Shown here: in pieces, positions 13,601 to 24,400 of the stretch
Position numbering within the stretch: position 1 is the first letter of the stretch
How the letters are laid out: every line of letters starts with the position of its first letter
Assembly (NCBI RefSeq): GCF_001194135.2
Contig: NC_068982.1
Coordinates: forward strand, 61,560,867-61,624,866
Direction of reading: 5' to 3'
Source: Octopus bimaculoides
Lineage: Eukaryota
Length of the DNA: 64,000 nt
Notes under the pieces: generated by a model
The model's database searches: none
Told to the model about the DNA's origin: nothing
The model's input: the letters and a program-made list of their open reading frames with translations, nothing else
Made by a program: the position numbers and the translations under genes

Positions 13601-16600
13601 TTGCTATGATGGAATGCCAGAGTGAGGTAGATCTTTAGATGTTAGAAAACACTATAGAAAAAAAATATAAGATATCAGTGATGCATTACAGTTTGAAGGA
13701 TTAATAAATGCAAAGGAAACTATGAAAACCAGACCAAAAGTATACATATATATATTTATATATATACATAACCAATGGATAAATTTATACAAACTTGATT
13801 TTTTTTTTTTAATGCACAGGATAAGTTACATCAACTGGCGCACTCCATGGAAACAGAAGCACTGAGCATATTTTGGTCTCATTTTTCAAAAGAAAAACCA
13901 CTCTCCATTGTAATATTTTTTTCTTTGTTGAAATGTGGAGGATTAAGAAAATTGTTATCCTCTCAAGGAGAGGTAAAAAGGACCATTTGACCAGTTCACT
14001 TATTTACAAAAATAAAGTATAAATTAAGTTTCCTTCCCTATTGAAAAATAGAATGATGCTATTGATATATATATATAAATATATATTAGAATTGAAAAAA
14101 AGCATCGAGGGAGAAACATGAAAAACTTACAGAACATCAGCAAGCCGAGATTGATTTCACAATGCTTGATAAAAAATAAATGCAACAAATTGAGAGTAAA
14201 CAAAAACCAATATTTCTTTGTTCGGAGAGGTGCAGTGATATTGAAGATGTGGGCCTTACAATTAAGGCCAGCCAGCAAAATTTATTGTAGCAAAGCACGA
14301 TGAAAGAATACAAAACACTTGTCTAATTATTATAATGAAATCATAGTCATTGTTGTAAATAGTGATAAGCATAAAAAGGTCAAAGTGAAGAAGCCTCTTT
14401 CTGGCAGCACTTCTAATTGAAGGCATAGCACACAGACTGACAATATCCACAAAGAAAACAACTACAGCATCACGTCTAATAGCAGTAAGCTAAGTTAATT
14501 ACAATTAAATACAAAACTAGAAATACAGAAAAACAATTAGAAAATTTAATATTTGGTTAAAAAATTAAGAATGGTGGGGAAAGTTCATATTCAAGCTGAT
14601 AAAAAGTGGCTGAACCAGAAGAAGAGAATTTGCCCATCTAGAATAGTGAAAACAAAGGACAAATTCAGCAGTGGATAATTCATACATGTATATAGTTTAA
14701 ACAAACAGGACTCCTTAACGGAATACTTAGCAGGCCAGCAAGTCTACAGAAAAAGTGCTAATCTCTAGGGAACTAACGAAAATATTTCACAACAAAGATG
14801 AGCTAGAAAAACAAAAATATTTACTGTCACTAAAGTAATTGCAGAATAAATAAAAAGCCACCAATCCCATTTGTAAGTATTACTATATATAAAAAAACAA
14901 AGAAAAGAGACAAAAGATAGTTCCTACTTACCATCATTTTATTGACTGAAGAAAATACAATGGTCTTGAAAGACGTCAGAGCCTCAACAACCCCTCAGCA
15001 AGCTTGCACTGTGAAGTCTTTACAACAAACATTAGGAGTTAACTAACACCTAGATATGAGGTAGATAAATAATAAATCTTCAACTTGGATTTTCCAAGTC
15101 AAGAGTTATTCTCTCTGGACAACAGATAAAAAAAGGAGTTCAGTGAGACCATCCTCCCAGAGAGTCAAGAGATGAAGAAAAGATTTGGAGCATACACATT
15201 TCTGTGCAACTGATGCACAGACAGACGAAGCTGTTGATAAAAATCCTTGGGAAATATTCTGCTAGATACCACCAGGGTCAAATAAGCAGCACTAACTACC
15301 GGAGCAAGTAAAAAATAATATATAATATATACAATAGGATATACATATATAAGATTTAAAATTAAAATTTTTTTTTCTTTTTATGAAGAAAATTTTGTAA
15401 GCTTTCCCATATTACAAAAAACATGCAAATTAAGTATTGGCAATCAAACAGCTCCATCTCCAGAATGAAATGTGTATAGCAAACAAAAACGATCAGGAAC
15501 CACTGAGGTACACAAATTTCCAGGTAGACTGAACTAATTCCCTTATCCCAGAATTTTCCAATGATTGTTATGTGGTTATGTTAGGAAGATATACAATTAA
15601 CAAATGAATAATTAAATGGGCTGCTAAGAAAAATGGAAGAGACTAATTGAAGGGGGTAAGTCATGAAGAACATTTAGGAGTAAAGTCAAGGAACTATATA
15701 ACAATGTGAAAGTTTAAAATATAATTAAGGAAATAAGCAAAATAAAAAAGGGGGGGAAGAGTGGAAAATAAGTATATCATTCCATTTATTTTAACCCTCA
15801 TGTGGGTAGGTCTGCAGTGCAAAGAGCCAATTGCTGACAAAATTCACCTTAGTAACTGGCCAGCAGTGGTAATCTTATGACTGGAGAGCCTGGAAATTTT
15901 CGGCATTCAGTCGTTCAGCATGATCAAATTGTATTGCTGGAGTAAGCTGCCAACAGCCCTGTTCTTCTTCAAAAAGGTAAAAAGTAAAAAGTCTGAATGA
16001 ATATCTCAACATTAAATCCACTTGCTCAGTCAAAAGTAAATAACTGGTTTGGTTGGTTTCCTAAATCTTTTCACTTCAAACATAGCCAGTATCAAGAGAT
16101 GAAACAAGCATTGCTGAATTGTAAAATTCTAAAAACTTCTAGAACAGGTCAAGCAATTTTCACAAATATTAGCAGCGCTTGCCTGAAATTATATATCAAA
16201 GTTGAGAAATATATATATATTTAAAGAAAAAAAAAAACCCAGGTAATTTTATGAAATTCAACTTTAGATTTGTACTTAAGGAAAGAATTGTGACCTGACC
16301 AAAAGCAGATTTCAGTTTTAATATAAACTTGAGCAAATGAAACTAAATTTTTTAAAAAAATGAATTAAAGCAATTTGTCAAATACCAATCAATATTCTAT
16401 TGAATCTTTTCAAACAAATGGGAAGAAAATATGCTTCATTAAATAAAACCGAAAACATTCCCAAATCTATTATTTTCCTTTTAAAGTTTTTAAAAGCAAA
16501 GCACAAGATTTTTTCTTATTGCTTCTTTTTCAATGTATTCTAGTTTAAAATTATAAACTAAGTAGAAAAACCATGTGCTTAGGTACTGAAACAACCTAGT

Positions 16601-16652
16601 CCAAATAAAAAAAATATTTTTTAAAGCACATGGATTACGTTGATAACTTACT
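10550..16652 (-). ncRNA. Putative spliced 3' UTR / non-coding extension of MYEF2: exons 15848..15966, 14932..15049, 13533..13651, 12799..12844, 12177..12226, 11551..11591, 10954..11040 (weaker), 10796..10826, terminal exon from 10609
   Basis: Each exon has a polypyrimidine tract plus AG and a GTRAG-like donor on the - strand. The first donor is TCA|GTAAGT at 16652. The three ~119-nt exons I translated are not open reading frames. Predicted by eye only. Confidence 0.6.
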
Positions 16653-17256
16653 GAAAGATGACCAATGATGAAAAAAGCTAATTTGGAAACAGAATGGATA
16701 CACTGATTGTTGATCCAAGTTGAAATATTCAGACACATTTTGATAAAAAATTGCAAAAATTTGTGTGCACACGATTTTATTAAAAAAAGAACTCTAGGTT
16801 TCATTCAATTAAATTTGGACAAGAATAACTGAAAAGCTGCATACCAGTGAAACGACAAGCTTTCTCCAAAAGGGGTTTAAAATAAAAAAAAAATAAAGAA
16901 AAAAAAAGAAAAAACAAAACAGCTTTCAGCAGGCCATAACTGTGAAGACGAGGACAAAGAGCCTTGAATCAATGTTGGTTTATTACAAATGATGGTACAT
17001 GTAAGTATTGTATTTTAGAGGATCAGACAAGAGAAATCCCCAACTGGCAAGGAATAGTGATCAAAATCTGTATCAGATCCAACATCAAAAGGAGCAAGAG
17101 GACGACGACGACGTGATTGACACACCAACCATGATCCATACATAAAAGCTAATAAAAGGCTAGAAGACAAGTGAACAAAAAGTGGTCCATGTATCAATTA
17201 AAATGTTTGCTTCTGATGTGTAGACATGATGATTGAAGATGTGAAATGTCTCCAGT

Positions 17257-18454
17257 TCAAACTCTGTCGATTCTCACCTCTATTTCTCGCCCTTCAATGC
17301 GAGCATGATTCATTAAATCTAAACACAGGTTAAGGAATAAGTTTTTACTGCATGTATAGAAAGATTTAGAAATAGAAAAGCATTCAGTTTATATATTTCA
17401 ACATAAATCTGAAATATCTTGTACTAAAATATTTTTGGTAGCCAAAATTACTACATGAAGTACAACTTTCAATATTAAGAGCTAATTAAAAAGGTTATAT
17501 CTAAACCACTCAAAACCTAGTCTTTTCCATATAAATGAACCAAGTTAGTGGTAATATAGTCTTAATAGATTGCTATAGAAAACAGTCCGACATCAGGTAT
17601 TCCTGGAATTCTATAGAAAAAAAAAACTCAAATTTGGACAATTAAAAAAAAAAGCAGCAGCAAATGTTTTTAATTCCAATACTAAAAGCAACTGTGACAG
17701 TGAGAGGAACAACAAATTTCTCGAAACTGAATAGATTAACAATGTTGCCCTTACTAAATTCTTCAGAAGCTATATACATTCAATGCCACATACTAATTCA
17801 TGTATTCCATACAGCAAGATACTAGTATACAAAAATGGACAAACTGATCAGAATGTTCACTTTCAATATTCTCTTTTTAAATTTCTAGAATAGATCTTGT
17901 ATGCATATATATATATCTCAATAAAATACTTATCTCACAAAATACACAAATATAATCCCTGAACATGTAACAGGTGTAAATTTGTGACACTCAAACCCAT
18001 ACTAAACTCCACTCACACTGAAGATATTGAAAGAAATCTAAGTTGCAAATGTATGGAAATATTTAAAGTTTTAAATTTAACCTAAGTGACAGAAGTTATG
18101 AAATATCTTGAGCTAATTGGAACAATAACTGGGGTTAACCTTAAAGGAGACAAAACAAAATTCTTAAAGGATACTGACTGCCCTTTGTGCATCTTCTGGA
18201 GTAGCAAATCTTACTACTCCCCAACCACGGCATTTACCACCATCTGTTTTAATCTCAGCATATTTTACATCACCTAATAGGAGAAAGAGAGAAAAAAAGA
18301 GCAAAAAAATCAGACGAGTTGGAATTAACTCACAGGCTGAAATTGTAGAGTGACAACTATCTAATTTCTCTACATGTAGGCACAAAAAATTTTGACACTT
18401 ACCAACATCTCTAAATCTTTCTCGCAACATCTGCCATGTGAATGAGTGAGGTAG
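17257..18454 (-). CDS. MYEF2: MYEF2 RRM3 exons 18403..18454, 18175..18273 and 17257..17318
   Basis: LPHSFTWQMLRERFRDVG / DVKYAEIK...AQRAV / NLMNHARIEGREIEVRIDRV*; stop TGA at 17259-17257. Confidence 0.94.
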
Positions 18455-21400
18455 CTGAAACAAATCAATTAGACAACACATAGTAACACACTTGGATACA
18501 AACCACAAAATTTATAAATTTTATCAATCAAAACAATACTCACATTTCTCACAGCAATGTGGCAGTCATCACGTCCTGTGCTGCCACCACCACCACCTCC
18601 ACCAGAACCTGTACCTCCACTGCTACTCATGTTCTTCATCATGGTTCGTCCATCCATTCCAGATAAGCCGTGGACACTCATGTCAGACATACTCATGCCC
18701 TGATTGCCCATGCTTCCCATCATGCCCATACTACCTAAGCCACCCATTCCACTCATGTTGCTAGAAAAAGTATCACCCATCCCTTGGTTTGAGCCAAAGT
18801 TCTTTGGGCCTAGATTACTTGCACCCATACCATAACCATCTCCCATTCCGCCTCCACCACCCATACCACCCATGCTTCCACCACCGCTCATACCACTAGA
18901 CATACCCATAGCACCCATGCTACCTGTGGTCATGTTGCTACCCATACCTGCACCTCCCATACCGCTACCCATGCCACCTCCCATACCACCAGTACCACTG
19001 CCCATACTACTGGCACCAGACATACCTGCCATACCAGACATGCCCATATTACCTGGCAACATACCTCCACTCATATTGCCAGCCATTCCTGACATACCAG
19101 TATTCATACCAGTGTTCATGCCAGTATTCATACCAGCATTCATGCCACCCATGTTACCACCCATACCGCCACCCATACCACCACCCATATTATCCATACC
19201 ACCTGCCATGCCACCCGCCATACCACTATAGTTATTCATAGGTCCAGCACCCATGTTACCCATGCCACTACCCATAGCTCCCATGTTACCATAATTACTG
19301 CCAGAACCACCTCCACTACCACCAAATCCTCCCATTGGGCCACCGCCACCGCCACCACCACCACCTGAAAGATATTAAGATAGATAAATTATTTCAATTG
19401 AAGACTCAGTATAAATTAATATTTGCAAGGATTAAATTCAACACATCAATTCACAAATGTTACAAAGAATATTTACACACCTGACATTTGATTATTGAAG
19501 TTCTGCAGAGGCTGTCCTCCAACACCAAGACCCAAGCCAATTGTTTTCAAGCCACCTAAAGGAGAAAGAATTTAAAATGTAAAAGCAATTTAGCTACACT
19601 AACAATACTGTAATTAACTGAAAAAGTAAATCCAGTGACTTTTATGCCCAACCAGACAGGTGAAAATGAAATCCATAATGATAATTTTAAGAAAATTGCA
19701 TGCTGATAATCAATTAGGAAACCACCTGGCAGTCACAACCATGTGGCCACACATTAATACCACTGCAGTCTGCATATCAAGAATATGTCTCCTACAATAC
19801 CAATGCCGTGAGAACCAAATTTGGCAGAAGCCAAGAGAGTATACATAAATATTGTACTCATCCACATTTATTTACATTACTGTGTCCATGTCTATTACAC
19901 TGACCTTGCAGCCATATGTACATATAACATGCAATAATTTGCACCACTCCATGATAAATTCTCTACCTTACTCCTACCTTGTGTATGCATATTTTGTTCA
20001 CCCAGATCCAGTTACAAACTGTAACCCTCTCCCTGATTTTACTGGCACCATTACCCTCGTACAGCTGCCAAACCACTTTCACTAGATTTACTGTAACCTC
20101 TGTTTCTTGGAAATATTGTACACCTGGTGACCAATATATTCCTTTTAAAGCAAAATTTTTCTGGTGGCAAATCAACTCTGAACTTTTGACCTAGAATGAG
20201 AGACCAGCACTAACAAGTATGGCTCTTACATCACCAGTCATAAAGTTTCATCATAAGTATCACATTGTATAGTTACACACAGTACTATTTGGATTTTGAA
20301 CAAATCTTAGTTTGCTCTATTATGGCAGCAATCCCATTACTGAAACCAGCCATTGGACCGCAGCCTTGCTGGAACATTGTCTTGAATGGCTTAATCAAAC
20401 AATCAACCCCAGTACTTATATTTTTAAAGCTTGCTACTTATTCTATCAGTCTTTTTTTTTGCAAAAAGCCATTAAATTATAGTGACATAAGCTAGCCAAC
20501 AAACAATAACAGTTTCTCTACCAAATTCACAAAGCATTGGTCAGCCAGGGCTACAGTTAGACACTTGCTTAAGGTGCTGCACAGTGGGATTAAATATTTA
20601 CGCTGTACATTGGCTCACTTTCATTTAATTGGTATTGGTTGTACAGGTGTATTATATCAGATGTTGAAGTTATGGTTTTGTTCAAGAACAATGAAATGCT
20701 TAGTCTGGGAATCAAAACTACAATTTTGTGATCATGAGGGCAACATCCTAGTCACTAAACCATGTGACACTGAAATGTTCTACAATGAACAATCATTTTT
20801 ACAATTTTAGTATATGACTAAGTTAGGTGGTTTTTGCATAGATTTTAAAATGAAGGTTAATTGCAATTTGAAAAGGTCATTTAACATCCATCTTCCATTT
20901 TGGCATGGGTTGGACAGTTCAATAGGATTCAATGAGCCAGAAGACTGCAAAGTTTGGCAGGATGCCCTTCCTAATAGAAAGCAATTTACAGAGAACTCTC
21001 TTCTGTGTCTAGCACCAGAGAGGACACCATGGAACTTGTAAGACTAGAAGAACCTCTCAAAACGAGAGAGAGAGAGAGAGAGAGATGGCTTTGTATTAGG
21101 TATTAAGAGGCTAACATATGACAGGGACAGATAGAGAACATTATATAAGAGTGGGTGTGGCAACCATGGCAGAGCTAGAAAAAGAAAGATGATAACAATG
21201 TGTCAGTGTGTTCTCAAAGTAAAAGATGGTGAAAAGAAATGAGGAAGATGGATAATTTGCTTTGCTGTTTATACAGTTATGAAATGCATCCAACTTTATA
21301 AACCCTGAACCTTTTTATGTGGTAAATGACAATGGGCTTTGCTTGACCAAGTGAGACATTTGAGGCCTGCCCATACCATACAAGCATGGATCAAGGAACA

Positions 21401-24400
21401 AAATTTGTTATATGTGTGTGTAAATATATATGCATATAGATGGAAGTATATACATGCATATGTATGTTGTGTGAACAAATATTTACAGAGAGGTACTCCC
21501 AATTTACTATCAAGTTATATTAAAGATATTACTGCAACCACCAGAAGATTTTTTTTTTCATCTTACAGTAAACTGTAATAGGGTGTAAGCAGCAGTGTAA
21601 TAACTTCCATAGAAAGATGTTTGTGTAATCTGAATCGGATTCCCAATACTCTTTCACTGTTCATTAACACTGAACATAAAACAGAAAGAATGAGCCAGAT
21701 ATGGTTGGTTTAAATGCCACAGGGTTAGGCCAAATGATACACACAATAGTAACATGCATATACAAGCCTGAGGAAGTAAAAGTAAACAACAGAGGCAAGG
21801 CCATAACTGACTTAATGGATTCTCTAGTCAATTTAAACTGTATTTTTTACTCACTGGCTGAAGTTTAGTTGATCATATTGACCTTGAAATTTCAGCCCAA
21901 TATCTTACACACTGGTTTTTGAGACAAGTATGAACAAATAAGGATACAAACATTAACTCCAACAATTTCCAACTACCAATTTCTAACCAGGTATTGGCCA
22001 ACAAAAAGATTTAGATGCTGTGCAGTAGAATAGAAATTTGGGCCACAAAACCATGCATAAGGTACTCAGAATAATTTCTAAAGGCTGAGTCAAAGGAAAA
22101 GCAGCCCCAATGATTTTCGAAGGTCTTCGAGATGGATTGGATGAAGTTAACTAGAGATCACTAGTGACAGAGGCAGTAAAAGTACCAGGAGGTAATATTT
22201 ACCCCTACTTAGATGTGGATGTTCTATTTGAACAAACTTTACTGTGTTAATTATCATGAAAGGAACTCTCATATTGGTTTTTATTGTGCAAAATGCACTT
22301 GCTTATATCAACAACAGGGAGATAAATCCCCAATACCTACAGATCATGTAATTATGACCTTGCTTGGACACTTGACCACTAGAGACAGCAGCAATTCATC
22401 TCCTCCACCTGTATTATATATTGATAGTGCCAGGAAACCGCAGTAAAGTTTGTTCTAATTGAACATTCACATTTAAGTGGGGATAAATATTCTCTCTAAC
22501 AACAGAGAGGTATCAAAATAATACAGCATTCTGGCAACTGCTTCAGGTTCTATCTCCAGATGTGAGCATATAACTCCACCATGATAGCAGTGATGTTAAA
22601 AACAAAAGGTAAAAGAAATGAACCAGACTACCAAACAAAGAAAGCAATTAGAATTCCAGATAAATTCCAACCACAACAACTAAGTAAAAAGCAAGGACCA
22701 GAAGAGGAGGGGCTTTCAACAGCACATATTATTGGGAAATTATCGGCTGCATCCACATAGCATTTTGTAGCTTTAAAATACTTACTTGGAAGAGAAACTT
22801 TTGGGTGTGTGGTTTTGTCGTTTGATGTGTCTACACTGGTTTTGTCCATCCGAACAACCATTGCTCTATCATATAGGGTTTGACTATTGAACATAGCTAA
22901 AATTAAGTTAAGGAAGGTCAAAACAAACCTGCAACATTGCAAATATTTATTTACAAATAAGCACAAAAACAATCTTAATGCATTCTTTTTTTTTTAAAGA
23001 TAAGGAATGGTGTAACAAATTAGCAACATCGAAACTGCAAATATCACTAATAAATACAAAAGAATCTTAAAACTTTTTTTTTTTTAATATAGGCATAGCT
23101 ATGTAGTAAGTTTGCTTCCTAACCACATGGTACCAGGTTCAGTCCCACTGTGTGACACCTTGGATAATGTCTTTTACAGCTTCAGGCAGACCAAATCCTT
23201 GAGTGGATTTGGTACACAAACTGCAAGAAGCTCATGTGTACATGTTGCAATCTCCTTGCCATGACAGTTGTAAACCAGTGTCACCATCATGCAAGCAGTG
23301 GTCATTTCCAGTATCTCTGAACATACTGTCATGGGGAAATACTGCCATACTTGGAATCATAAGGGTTTACAACAAGAGCCATCCAGCTGAAAATCCACCT
23401 CAACAAATTCTGCCTCATCTACGTAAGCACAAAAGATAAGCATAGCACACAGCTCTTACTTCAAGCCTTTCTCGAAAGACAAGATAGGTTTAATTAATGC
23501 AATTGTTTTGTATACATCAACAGATAAAATAGAAGGAACTTGCTCTATCACTCTCAAATATTAAGCAAGGATACAAATTGCTTGTACAGCTTCCATTGGA
23601 TGTTCGAAGGTAACAATTCCCATTCCTCGACTTTTACCCTCTTTATCTTGTTTTATTTCAGCACGAAGTACATTTCCTGCCAGCTTGAAAACATCCTTTA
23701 ATTTTTTCCATGTTACTTTATAATCAAGCTGTGAAAAAAAAATTCAAATAAAATAAAAACATTGTACTTGAATTTAATTAATGACAATCAAAATACAAAA
23801 TGAAAATTACTTACATTAGCAACAAAAACTGTATTTGTAAGAGGACCTTCAATTCCTAAACTCTGGAGCAACTGAGGATTGGGCCCTGAAGATCCCGACG
23901 TTGCTCCACAATTACCCATGCCACCCATGCCCATTGGGCCAGGGCCAGCTAAACCAGCACCCATAGAATGTTGCTGTTGGTTTTTCATCTGCTGCATCAT
24001 TTGTCGATCGCTTTCTTTTTCCTATAACAAAATTACATAAAGTTTAAAAATACAAATCAGAAGTTATTACTGACAAGATTTTATAATTTACCCAAGAATG
24101 TCACATAATCTGAAGCTCTTATTAAGTCATTTCAATAGTTTATTCTTTTCAAGTACATCCTTGAAAAGGTTGTCTCAGTTTCTATACAAAAGACAACTCC
24201 CTAATGATGTTTTAAACATCATAGCTATGTTATTTTATATGCTCAGAGGCAATGATGAATGACCGAAACCTTTGACATTATGTTGTGCTTAAGACCCATG
24301 AAGCCAAGTAAAATTGCAGTTGTGGCAGGTAAGGCATGTAAAAGCACCCATTACACTCTTGGAGTAGTCAGCATTAGGAAGGGCATCTAGCTGTAGAAAC

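Noticed and set aside
10600-16650. Intronic box C/D snoRNAs in the non-coding exon chain
   Set aside because: I found no properly spaced RUGAUGA...CUGA pair. The one good UGAUGA (about 12837-12843) is exonic with CUGA immediately adjacent. H/ACA snoRNAs cannot be excluded by eye.
18492-19231. Plus-strand His-rich and Pro/Ile-rich ORFs
   Set aside because: Antisense shadows of the Gly/Met exon of MYEF2.
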